Source: a virus (taxonomy: Duplodnaviria > Caudoviricetes). From it: 64,000 bases of DNA. Where the stretch lies: the IMG/VR virus record IMGVR_UViG_3300027708_000013, one strand, 5' to 3'. Each line of letters starts with the position of its first letter. Positions within the stretch are counted from its first letter, which is position 1. The position numbers were made by a program, and so were the translations under genes. A model generated the notes under the pieces. It was not told the origin of the DNA. It ran no database searches and saw only the letters and a list, made by a program, of their open reading frames with translations. Below are positions 1 through 8,383 of this stretch, piece after piece.

Positions 1-623
1 TTGTTTGTTGTAGTTGCAACCACAGCATAACTGCCAATGCTTCCAACACTGCCGAGTGGAGTAGATTCATCGGTCAATGTAATATTACCATATGTTCCCA
101 CTGTGGGGCTACTGGTTGTTAAACTGGCATTTGAAGTGATCACTGTGGGTACATAGTTGGTAAATGACTGTGTATCTGCACTCCACTGGTATAATCCCCA
201 GGTAGTGTCAGCCAAATCTAACCATTGTGTGCCAGTGGACACTGTGCCGGTTGGGCGAACACTGGTGCCTTCTAATTCATTTAAATCAATATCGGCACGA
301 ATTGCGTACAGCTGATTGCCCAGTCCCAAGGCCGAGTAAGCAGCCATCAAGCCGTATTCGTTTAATTCGCCACCGTGTACAGGTGTGCCGGCGGCTGTTT
401 GTTTAAATACCGGTGCGCCGAGTGCTGTGGCTAAATCACGCTGACTGGTAAATATCTGTAACATGCCTGCATTGGCCGCTGTTGTTCCTGTGGCCAATGA
501 GCCATTGATTGTTTTGTTTTGTGCTGTTGCTAAAACAATAAGAGGTACTGTGCCAATTGCTGATGATACATATTGACTTTGATCTGTTACTGTTAAGCTA
601 ACGCCGGGGGATACTAGTGCCAT
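1..623 (-). CDS. gp18: Tail sheath protein, N-terminal part (runs off the left edge; absent from ORF track)
   Basis: Manual translation from ATG at 623: MALVSPGVSLTVTDQSQYV...GTVPLIVLATAQNK...ELNEYGLMAAYSALG...YAIRADIDL, a typical contractile sheath N-terminus. TAAATA late motif at 654-659. Confidence 0.9.
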   Translation of the reverse strand, partial: MALVSPGVSLTVTDQSQYVSSAIGTVPLIVLATAQNKTINGSLATGTTAANAGMLQIFTSQRDLATALGAPVFKQTAAGTPVHGGELNEYGLMAAYSALGLGNQLYAIRADIDLNELEGTSVRPTGTVSTGTQWLDLADTTWGLYQWSADTQSFTNYVPTVITSNASLTTSSPTVGTYGNITLTDESTPLGSVGSIGSYAVVATTTN

Positions 624-725
624 GGTAATGTTCCTTTAAAGTACTGTTATAGATATTTACCGATTAAGTAATTTTTCATGCGGTTTGACTGCCCTTTAAT
701 AAAGGGCAAGGGTATAAATAACTAC

Positions 726-1076
726 ATGTTACCCCGTAAAACGTGCCCGCATTGTAATCAACGCCCAGTGGCTGTTAATTTTCACCGGAACAATAAAATC
801 TACTACAGAAAATTCTGTGATACCTGTTTGAGAAAAGGAATTAAATACAAACCGGAGCCGCCGGCATGGCACCGAGCAGGATACAGTAAAAAAGAACGAT
901 GTGAGAAATGTGGATTTAAAGCACGACACCCAGAGCAACTGGGTGTGTTTTATGTTGACGGTAACTTAAAAAACAACAACTGGCTAAACTTGAAGACTAT
1001 ATGTTTGAATTGTACTCAGGAAGTTCAGCGGAGTCGCTTGCCTTGGCGCCAGAGTCCACTTGTACCAGATTTTTGA
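726..1076 (+). CDS. Zn-finger / degenerate HNH-fold protein
   Basis: Four CxxC pairs (CPHC, CDTC, CEKC, CLNC) and an HNH-like VFYVDGNLKNNNWLNLKTICLNC segment. Start placed at ATG 726 after TATAAATA (713-720); track start is 678. Confidence 0.7.
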   Translation: MLPRKTCPHCNQRPVAVNFHRNNKIYYRKFCDTCLRKGIKYKPEPPAWHRAGYSKKERCEKCGFKARHPEQLGVFYVDGNLKNNNWLNLKTICLNCTQEVQRSRLPWRQSPLVPDF

Positions 1077-1680
1077 TTTGTTGATATAATTCGTCAATGG
1101 TTCCATTGTTGTCAATTGTGTGATCAAAACCTGTGCCAATCCAAGCAGTTTCACTGATGTGTACATTAAACTCTGCCAACTGTCTCTGTGCGATTGAGTC
1201 ACCCTGGTTGGCACGTTGAGCAATACTATACCAAACAGGATCGTCGCCGCGACGTACACGAACCACTGTTCCACCGGCAGATTTAATTGTTGCAATTTCG
1301 TTGGGGAATCTGCAATCGCTGATGACAATGTCATCTTGACTTGTACGAAGTTTGTTTTCCAAGCTGGCAATCCAGATGTCATCGTTGAAACCCCTACGAC
1401 AAACTTCTGTACCCCAGTATTGCAACACCCAGCGTGGTGTTAAATTGGGCATGTTTAAACGTTCGGCCCACCATGGATCTACTTGTTCGCGCCATTCGCG
1501 AGCTTGTTTGGTTCGCCCTTCCAACATGGTACGATCCCAACCAAACACCATGCTCACAGCGTCTTTCAAACTGTTGGCAAATGATTCTCGACGAAACCCT
1601 TGAAAATTACAAAGATAATCAGCAATGGTATCTTTGCCACTTGAGATTAATCCCACAACACCAATTAATTTTTTAGTCAT
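997..1680 (-). CDS. gp1: Deoxynucleoside monophosphate kinase (T4 gp1-like)
   Basis: P-loop GLISSGKDT, FANSLKDAVS, TPRWVLQYWGTEVCR, VISDCRFPNE, HISE motifs; SD AGGAG upstream. Confidence 0.92.
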   Translation of the reverse strand: MTKKLIGVVGLISSGKDTIADYLCNFQGFRRESFANSLKDAVSMVFGWDRTMLEGRTKQAREWREQVDPWWAERLNMPNLTPRWVLQYWGTEVCRRGFNDDIWIASLENKLRTSQDDIVISDCRFPNEIATIKSAGGTVVRVRRGDDPVWYSIAQRANQGDSIAQRQLAEFNVHISETAWIGTGFDHTIDNNGTIDELYQQIKNLVQVDSGAKASDSAELPEYNSNI

Positions 1681-1733
1681 AAAAAATGCTCCTATATAAG
1701 AGCATTATTACATATTTGTTACGCCGAGTCAAG

Positions 1734-2135
1734 TTATTTTTTGGTGATTGATCCACGTGGTCGCATTGGGCTTTGTGTGTTCACTCCCTTTGCTTCTCTA
1801 CTGGCATCGTCGGCAATGCGTGTGGCGTGAACGCCCATTAGTTTGTCTGCCATTCTAATTACTTCTGCATCTTCCGGAGTATATCCAACAATGGTCAAGT
1901 TCTCTGCCCAAGGACTTTCTTGTGAAAATGCCACATGGCCCGCTGCATCGGCACGAGCAGCTGCCAGTGCCAGTCCATAGCGGTATTGCATGTAGGGATC
2001 TGTATTGCGTAACTGTCGTTGTACCCAAACACCCGGTAAGGATGCATCTTGGTCAGCGTCTAAATCGGTAAATGTGCCGTGTGTTTTAGGTGGACCACCA
2101 GCGGCATCTTCTAATAGAATTTCGTTAATTTTCAT
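1734..2135 (-). CDS. Hypothetical protein, probable internal head protein
   Basis: Likely start MKINEILLE at 2135, 5 nt after TAAATA (2141-2146); track start is 2159. Confidence 0.6.
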   Translation of the reverse strand: MKINEILLEDAAGGPPKTHGTFTDLDADQDASLPGVWVQRQLRNTDPYMQYRYGLALAAARADAAGHVAFSQESPWAENLTIVGYTPEDAEVIRMADKLMGVHATRIADDASREAKGVNTQSPMRPRGSITKK

Positions 2136-2155
2136 ATGAGTATTTAGCAAAAAAA

Positions 2156-2641
2156 TCAATCAAAATCAATGTCGTTACCATTGTATTTGCGTTCCCATCG
2201 GTACATGACGTCTCGGTTTTTGGGGTTGACACTTCTCTTGAATTGCCAATCAGGGCCAAGCAGTTGGTTAAAAAATCTCACTGCATATTTGTCATACAAA
2301 CTCACACGACTGGCTTCATCATGTGCGTGAAACCAGACGTCACCGGGTTCAAGTTGCCGTATCATGGGGGGCAGTCGTTTCTGTATTATCTGTGCCACTG
2401 TGCTGAAGATTCTAAAAGCGTCACCACCGCCGGTAATGGCTTGTGTGCCGTTGACTTCAAACGAGACATCAATGGCGCCATTGTCGGAGCCGGGCCTCCA
2501 CTCAAAAACCACGTTGATTTTACCATCTCGACTGGTGACACTTTTATATTCTTTCCAGCCATTGGGATCTATTTTAAACGGATAGGGCCTATTGCCCAAT
2601 TCATTTACGACAGATTCTGTTGTTATTTCAGTGATACGCAT
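2156..2641 (-). CDS. Hypothetical protein, probable internal head protein
   Basis: 161-aa ORF starting MRITEITTES, 3 nt after the gp13 stop. Confidence 0.6.
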   Translation of the reverse strand: MRITEITTESVVNELGNRPYPFKIDPNGWKEYKSVTSRDGKINVVFEWRPGSDNGAIDVSFEVNGTQAITGGGDAFRIFSTVAQIIQKRLPPMIRQLEPGDVWFHAHDEASRVSLYDKYAVRFFNQLLGPDWQFKRSVNPKNRDVMYRWERKYNGNDIDFD

Positions 2642-2644
2642 TGA

Positions 2645-3577
2645 TTAGCCAATAACCCAAGTCAAGGGCATGCCATTGTCAACATAGTTGACAATTTCAT
2701 ATTCCAGTCGTTCCATTTCAGCCTGAGCTTCTTGTACCATTGCAGCACCGTTTAAACTGGCGCCGCCTTGTGGCCCTGCAATCTGCGAAAATTTACTGTA
2801 GGCCTGTCCCAGAATACGTTTGGCAAAGCTGTAGGCATATTCTTGTATCCAAGGAAAACTGTAGGTGTCGTTTAGTATCATTTGGTCCGGCTTGGTATTG
2901 TATATGTGCAACAACACACTTTCAAAAGGATTTTGACCCTGTGACCCACCGGTACTGCCACCGTAACCGTAGGGCATTTTACGAATGATGGTTAATTTTT
3001 TAGTAGTGGGATTGAATGTATAATTCAACAATCCACCAAACATCTTCATGGCTAATTTTTGATAGTCCACAAACAGCTCATAGTTGGTTAATCCGCCCAC
3101 ACGTCCAGCCTGCAACATATACGTGTTTAAATATCCCGATGCAAATGGTTCAAATTGACTGGCAGTTGTGCCTGTAACTGACCCAATACCACGACGATAA
3201 GCGGCTTTGACCACCTGTACTTCTCGGGGCAGTATATATTCCTGTGTTTCTGGTAATAGATCTAAAAAAGCAAAACTTTCTTCAGTGGAATTGGCAGCAC
3301 GTTGGCGATATTTAAGCAAGGCTTGATTGATGGCCATTTCGTAGTGGCCTTTTTCCAATTCTACATCTATCAATCCGTCACCCAATCTAACACGAATGTA
3401 GTCGGTAATGGCCGCACGTTGAGCATTGCCGGTGGGCAAGGTGTTGGGGTCAAACTGTATACTGCCAGACCCTGTGCCAGTGTTGGCATCGAAAAGACTC
3501 TTGGTGGGTAAACTGCCAAAAGCAGTTATGTTGGCAGTTATCTCTGGGGTGGTCTGCGGGGTACTATACTGTGTCAT
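2645..3577 (-). CDS. gp13: Neck protein gp13-like
   Basis: YIRVRLGDGLIDVELEKGHYEMAI, EYILPREVQVVK, WIQEYAYSFAKRILGQAYSKF, GGASLNG motifs; TATAAATA upstream (3599-3606). Confidence 0.88.
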   Translation of the reverse strand: MTQYSTPQTTPEITANITAFGSLPTKSLFDANTGTGSGSIQFDPNTLPTGNAQRAAITDYIRVRLGDGLIDVELEKGHYEMAINQALLKYRQRAANSTEESFAFLDLLPETQEYILPREVQVVKAAYRRGIGSVTGTTASQFEPFASGYLNTYMLQAGRVGGLTNYELFVDYQKLAMKMFGGLLNYTFNPTTKKLTIIRKMPYGYGGSTGGSQGQNPFESVLLHIYNTKPDQMILNDTYSFPWIQEYAYSFAKRILGQAYSKFSQIAGPQGGASLNGAAMVQEAQAEMERLEYEIVNYVDNGMPLTWVIG

Positions 3578-3622
3578 TGGAATGGTCCGATTATACAGTA
3601 TTTATAAACAAAAAGAAATTGT

Positions 3623-4792
3623 TTATATTGTTTTAAGCAGGATTTGATTGGGGTTTATGCGACCGTTGGCTTTTGCTTCTGTTGTTTTGATCCCGTCTAC
3701 AAACTTACGCAATTCAACTTTGGAGGCTCTAGCAAATTCTTTTAGTTGCTCTTCGGGCTTTCTTAAAGTTTTTGTTACGGATCTAGCAACATCAAATCCA
3801 GCAATGCTGGTGCCTTTGACTGTTAGTGGTCCAGTTAAACTGTCGGCATAGTACACAATTATCTTGCGTGTTTTTGTATCGTAACACCACAGAGTCTGGG
3901 CCCCAACAATGTCGGTGGCCGGAACACTGACCAAACGCAGTACTTTGTCTTCCCTAGCATACTTCAATTTGGCCACTGTTTTTTCTTTGGGTATACTCTT
4001 GGGTGCTCGGACTTTCTTAGTGGCTCGCTTGACTCCGCGATACTGTATGATGTCGTTTAAGATTTGATCAATAAAAGACATGATTCGCTTGTAGTCTCCA
4101 ATTTTGTAGTGGCTGTATCCTTCGGATAACTGCTCATCAGTTTTGGTAAATGCTGTTTTAAGTTCGTCAAATCTAGTCTGAAACAAGAGTTCATACTTGG
4201 TTAACTGGCTTTGTGGCACATTATTGGCCACCAAAAAATCATAGGGCTTGAATTGATACCGGGGATTCTTGAGAAACTCATCATAGTGACCTTCCAATTC
4301 GCCAATGGTGTCTGCTGTTTTTTCGTTCAAACGATCTTGAATAGTAGGCACTGTGGCTCGTGGAGCCTCAGCCGCTGGCACCTCCACCACCTCAGCATCT
4401 GCACCCTTGACAGCACGTTCAATTTGCTCACCGATGAATTTAAGATGACGTTCAAGCAAGGGCATGCCTTGGCGATGTGCCATGATCAAACTGTGTACTG
4501 TCATGGAGGTTGCACGGTCTGAACTACGTTCAAATGCACGTATATCTTCTTTTAAAAAGTTTTCTTGCTGTTTAAGCCACTCAACCACATATTTTTTAGT
4601 GTCTTTTTGAGTGTAAAAATAATTGTAATAGTAAAAACTCTTGCGTAAAAAATGATCAAAGTCCGCATCGGACATTTTTTCAGCACGTTCTGTGTCCCAC
4701 ACCGGTTCACCACCCACATACTTTTCGTCACCGAACAATGGATTACGAGTGGCTCTAACCTTGGCCCGTACTGTTTTACCGTTTAGTTTCAT
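3623..4792 (-). CDS. Hypothetical protein (large-phage type), probably early
   Basis: 389-aa ORF with a basic C-terminal domain; preceded by a sigma70-like promoter. Confidence 0.7.
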   Translation of the reverse strand: MKLNGKTVRAKVRATRNPLFGDEKYVGGEPVWDTERAEKMSDADFDHFLRKSFYYYNYFYTQKDTKKYVVEWLKQQENFLKEDIRAFERSSDRATSMTVHSLIMAHRQGMPLLERHLKFIGEQIERAVKGADAEVVEVPAAEAPRATVPTIQDRLNEKTADTIGELEGHYDEFLKNPRYQFKPYDFLVANNVPQSQLTKYELLFQTRFDELKTAFTKTDEQLSEGYSHYKIGDYKRIMSFIDQILNDIIQYRGVKRATKKVRAPKSIPKEKTVAKLKYAREDKVLRLVSVPATDIVGAQTLWCYDTKTRKIIVYYADSLTGPLTVKGTSIAGFDVARSVTKTLRKPEEQLKEFARASKVELRKFVDGIKTTEAKANGRINPNQILLKTI

Positions 4793-4819
4793 TGCGTTCC
4801 TTGAATGTCAATATTACAT

Positions 4820-4848
4820 ATTATAGCACGTCGGGCATTATCGGTCAA
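4820..4848 (-). promoter_or_regulatory. sigma70-like promoter TTGACC-N17-TATAAT
   Basis: Minus strand reads TTGACC gataatgcccgacgtgc TATAAT, upstream of the ORF starting at 4792. Confidence 0.75.
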
Positions 4849-5102
4849 CTCAACAGTGTGGCAAAGGTCAGGTACTGTTCCAGCAGGTCTAAGCCTTCTG
4901 CCACTTGCAGTTCTAGTTCTAAATAATGTGGGGTTTTCCGGCCCAATCTGCGACAATTTACTTCTTCTCTGCTCATGTCTGCCCATGTTTCGCTACAGTT
5001 TTTCCATATTTTTTTAAGATCGCGTATCTTTTCTGCATCCATTGGTAAACGGATTATTTGAAAAAATGTATCATCCAAGCGTTTTTTAGTGTTTAAATCC
5101 AT
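4845..5102 (-). CDS. Hypothetical protein (85 aa, helical)
   Basis: ORF fills the gap between genes and has a consensus sigma70 promoter directly upstream. Confidence 0.7.
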   Translation of the reverse strand: MDLNTKKRLDDTFFQIIRLPMDAEKIRDLKKIWKNCSETWADMSREEVNCRRLGRKTPHYLELELQVAEGLDLLEQYLTFATLLS

Positions 5103-5108
5103 AATGTT

Positions 5109-5137
5109 ATTATACGTTAAATTTACTTAGCAGTCAA
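5109..5137 (-). promoter_or_regulatory. sigma70-like promoter TTGACT-N17-TATAAT, ATG 6 nt downstream
   Basis: Minus strand: TTGACT gctaagtaaatttaacg TATAAT aacatt ATG (5102). Confidence 0.8.
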
Positions 5138-5142
5138 ATCCA

Positions 5143-5148
5143 TAAATA
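5143..5148 (+). promoter_or_regulatory. Late promoter TAAATA for gp14-gp15
   Basis: cATAAATAct upstream of GGAG and the TTG start at 5173; same motif precedes most structural genes. Confidence 0.7.
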
Positions 5149-5172
5149 CTAGATAATTATCGGAGAAGTATT

Positions 5173-6549
5173 TTGGGCAGAATAAGTTTATGGCAAGACG
5201 GTAGACATTCAAATGATTTTAAATTCATGGACCGTAGAATGTCTGAAATGTTTACCTTGGGTGGCACTGGTATATTGTTGCACAAATACCTGGGAACCAA
5301 CCCTCAAGGCACACAACTGACCACGTCGGCGGATCAGGCAGCGGCCGGCACAGTATTGACCTTATCCAGCACTGCCACTATTGATCTAGGCAACACAGTA
5401 ACCGGCACCAATATTCCTGCCAACACCACTGTAGCAGCCAAAACAGCCACAACCATAACATTAAGTGCCAGTACGCTTGGTGCTGTTCCATCCGGTACTG
5501 CCATTGGAATCAGCATTAGTTCTGCACAACCCAGTTATACCAATCAAAGTGAGTTAAACATTCAAGACTTGTTGTGGGTAGAAAATAGAGATAGAAAATA
5601 CGACACTTCAGTATACACCATGCGTGGCATTTATCAAAGACAAGATCAAGACTTTGATTTAACCCAATTTGGTTTGTTTTTACAAACTGGTACTATTTTT
5701 ATGACATTTCATCTGCGTGACATGGTTGACATGATTGGGCGTAAGATCATGGCGGGTGATGTTTTAGAACTGCAACACTTGACCGATTACGACTCACTCA
5801 CTCAGGATGTTCCGGCAGCACTCAAAAGATTTTATGTAGTGGGCGATGCCAGTTTCTCCAGCGAAGGGTTCAGTCCAACCTGGTGGCCACATCTTTGGCG
5901 TGTTAAAATTAATCCCTTGGTGGACAGTCAAGAATACAAGGACATTATCAACAATCTTGTTGCCAGTGATGGCGTTACTCCCATCGGTCAAATCATGAGT
6001 GCTTACAATGGTACCATTGCCATCAACGATGCTGTGGTCGCTGAGGCTGTACAAAATGTTCCACGGTCGGGCTACGACACCAGTAGTTTTTACAACTTCC
6101 CACGAAACCAGGATGGCACATTGTTCAACGTTGATGTCAGCTCGGGTGATCAAACACAAGAAACAGCTGATGGGGCAGGACGAATAAGCACAGCAGACGA
6201 GGTTCCTATCTCTCCATTGGCTGCATTGCCAGGTTATGTTGTGGGTGACAGTGTTGCACCCAATGGTTTGGCCATGAGTGCTGGCACTTCATTCCCAACA
6301 CACCCACAGGTGGGAGATTTCTTTTTACGCACAGACTATTTGCCAAATCGTGTGTTTAGATTTGTTGGCAATCGTTGGAGCATGTTCAATGATGTAGTAC
6401 GCACCAACCTGAGTCAAGGTGCAGACAATCACACATTGATTGGCACATTTGTCAACAACACCGATACATTTACCACAGTGGGCAATGTCACTGTGCCATC
6501 AAAGCAAAGCCTTAGTTCTGCACTTACACCGAAAGCTGACAATTCATGA
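5173..6549 (+). CDS. gp14: Neck / head-closure protein gp14-like with an inserted beta-rich domain
   Basis: IQDLLWVENRDRKYD, DFDLTQFGLFL, TIFMTFHLRDMVDMIGRKIMAGDVLELQHL, WWPHLWRVK motifs; TTG start after GGAG. Confidence 0.8.
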   Translation: MGRISLWQDGRHSNDFKFMDRRMSEMFTLGGTGILLHKYLGTNPQGTQLTTSADQAAAGTVLTLSSTATIDLGNTVTGTNIPANTTVAAKTATTITLSASTLGAVPSGTAIGISISSAQPSYTNQSELNIQDLLWVENRDRKYDTSVYTMRGIYQRQDQDFDLTQFGLFLQTGTIFMTFHLRDMVDMIGRKIMAGDVLELQHLTDYDSLTQDVPAALKRFYVVGDASFSSEGFSPTWWPHLWRVKINPLVDSQEYKDIINNLVASDGVTPIGQIMSAYNGTIAINDAVVAEAVQNVPRSGYDTSSFYNFPRNQDGTLFNVDVSSGDQTQETADGAGRISTADEVPISPLAALPGYVVGDSVAPNGLAMSAGTSFPTHPQVGDFFLRTDYLPNRVFRFVGNRWSMFNDVVRTNLSQGADNHTLIGTFVNNTDTFTTVGNVTVPSKQSLSSALTPKADNS

Positions 6550-7919
6550 CCGCACCTTCAAATTTCTTCTATTCTGGACAGATACGATCTTTCGTAAGTC
6601 AATTCATACGCATGGTGTCAGGCTTTTATGTTGAGTTTGGTCGAGACAGCAGTGGCAACATAACTTATCAACGTGTGCCTGTGATTTATGGAGATCAAAG
6701 TCGTCAGGCTGCACAAATTTTACGCAACAACAGTGAAAATGGCTTGGGTACTGTGCCGGCCATGGCTGTGTATATAGATGCACTGAACTATGATCAAACC
6801 AGACTGCAAGATCCCAGTTTGGTTCAAAGTATGCAAATTAGACAAAGAACATTTGATCCAGTTACCGGAACCTACGGAACCACACAAGGACAAAATTACA
6901 CTGTTGAACGTGTGATGCCGGCACCTTATAAGTTAGGAGTAAAGCTGGATATTTGGACCAGTAATACCGAACAAAAATTACAGTTGATCGAACAGTTGAC
7001 TCAGTTGTTTAATCCAGCAATGGAAATTCAAAGCACCGACAACTATGTTGATTGGGGCAGTTTGAGTTACGCACTGCTCACTGACAGCACATGGACCAGT
7101 AGAACTGTGCCCGCGGGTGCTGAAGAAGCCATAGACGTTGCCACAATGAAGTTTGAATTGCCCATATGGATATCCACCAGTGCCAAAGTCAAACGCATGG
7201 GCGTGATACAAACTGTACTCAACAACTACTCAGACCTTGACTCCTTGGGTGCCTTGGGTCCACAACAGCTGGTGTCATTTGGCCAGTATGGAGTTGTGCT
7301 AAACACCACAAATACTGGTGCTACACTGTCGTTGCTACGGTCATCACAGGTGGTGGAGGAAAACGATTTCCTCAACATTGTCAATATTCCAAAGAATCAA
7401 TGGAGCTGGTTGTTGGCTGCCTACGGTAATTTTGTATCCGGCAGTAGCGAAATAAGATTAATGCAACCCAATGGTAGTGAAATTGTCGGCACTGTGGCTG
7501 TGAACCCCACAGATCCCGGTGTGTTAATTTATTCACCCTATCCTGCAACATTGCCTGTCAACACGTTGAGTCCTGTGAATGCCATTATCAATCCGCAATC
7601 GGTCAATGTTGGCACTTTTTTAACCAATCCTGCCACAGGAACTAGATATTTACTAACAGAAGAAATTGGTAGTTATGCCAATCCTGCTGGTGCTGTGGCC
7701 TGGCGTGGTGCCGATGGTCAAGATCTTGTGGCCAATGCCGGAGACATTGTGCAATACAATGGTAGCCATTGGGCAGTGGTGTTTGCCAGTGTTGCTTCTG
7801 TTGATCTACAGTATGTGACCAACTTGACCACTGGTATACAGTACAAATGGTACCACAGTGCCTGGAGCAAGAGCTACGACGGTGTTTACCCAGCCGGAGA
7901 ATGGAGTTTGGCAGTATAG
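6546..7919 (+). CDS. gp15: Tail terminator / sheath stabiliser gp15-like with C-terminal extension
   Basis: FFYSGQIRSFVSQFIRM, RVPVIYGD, ERVMPAPYKL, IWTSNTEQKLQLIEQL, IDVATMKFELPIW motifs; ATGA overlap with gp14. Confidence 0.85.
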   Translation: MTAPSNFFYSGQIRSFVSQFIRMVSGFYVEFGRDSSGNITYQRVPVIYGDQSRQAAQILRNNSENGLGTVPAMAVYIDALNYDQTRLQDPSLVQSMQIRQRTFDPVTGTYGTTQGQNYTVERVMPAPYKLGVKLDIWTSNTEQKLQLIEQLTQLFNPAMEIQSTDNYVDWGSLSYALLTDSTWTSRTVPAGAEEAIDVATMKFELPIWISTSAKVKRMGVIQTVLNNYSDLDSLGALGPQQLVSFGQYGVVLNTTNTGATLSLLRSSQVVEENDFLNIVNIPKNQWSWLLAAYGNFVSGSSEIRLMQPNGSEIVGTVAVNPTDPGVLIYSPYPATLPVNTLSPVNAIINPQSVNVGTFLTNPATGTRYLLTEEIGSYANPAGAVAWRGADGQDLVANAGDIVQYNGSHWAVVFASVASVDLQYVTNLTTGIQYKWYHSAWSKSYDGVYPAGEWSLAV

Positions 7920-7945
7920 ACTTTGCAACTGTAGTAGTGTATAAT
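7917..7945 (+). promoter_or_regulatory. sigma70-like promoter TAGACT-N17-TATAAT, ATG 6 nt downstream
   Basis: TAGACT 7917-7922, TATAAT 7940-7945, ATG 7952; no SD between. Confidence 0.6.
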
Positions 7946-7951
7946 TAAATT

Positions 7952-8383
7952 ATGGTAAACAATTCTCAACAAACAGGCGCTGGTGCATTGGTGTACTGCC
8001 GAACCACTCACAGATATCTTTTTTTGTTACGCAACGGGCGGCGACATGCCGGCTCTTGGGGCTTGGTGGGCGGAAAAATTGAAGCAGGTGAAACTGTGGT
8101 TGAAGGACTTGCTAGAGAAATCGCCGAAGAACTGGGCGGAATATTCCAAGACGCCAGACTGATCCCAATTGAAAAGTTCACCAGCGACAGTAAAAACTTT
8201 GAGTATCACACCTACATGATCACAGTGGACGAAGAGTTTGTGCCGGTGTTAAATCACGAGCATCGTGGATTTTGTTGGGTGGAGTTGCGGGATCATCCCA
8301 AACCCTTACATCCGGGAGTATGGCGTACATTCAAGTTTTCAAGTGTAATTGAAAAGATTAAAACTTTAGAAAAAGTTGTTTGA
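7952..8383 (+). CDS. NUDIX hydrolase
   Basis: Complete Nudix box GGKIEAGETVVEGLAREIAEELG. Confidence 0.93.
   Translation: MVNNSQQTGAGALVYCRTTHRYLFLLRNGRRHAGSWGLVGGKIEAGETVVEGLAREIAEELGGIFQDARLIPIEKFTSDSKNFEYHTYMITVDEEFVPVLNHEHRGFCWVELRDHPKPLHPGVWRTFKFSSVIEKIKTLEKVV

Noticed and set aside
2243-2644. 133-aa plus-strand ORF opposite the 2156-2641 gene
   Set aside because: Fully antisense to a gene in tight operon spacing; no recognisable motif or expression signal.
7952-8383. NUDIX hydrolase as a novelty
   Set aside because: Common in large phages; substrate cannot be inferred from the sequence.
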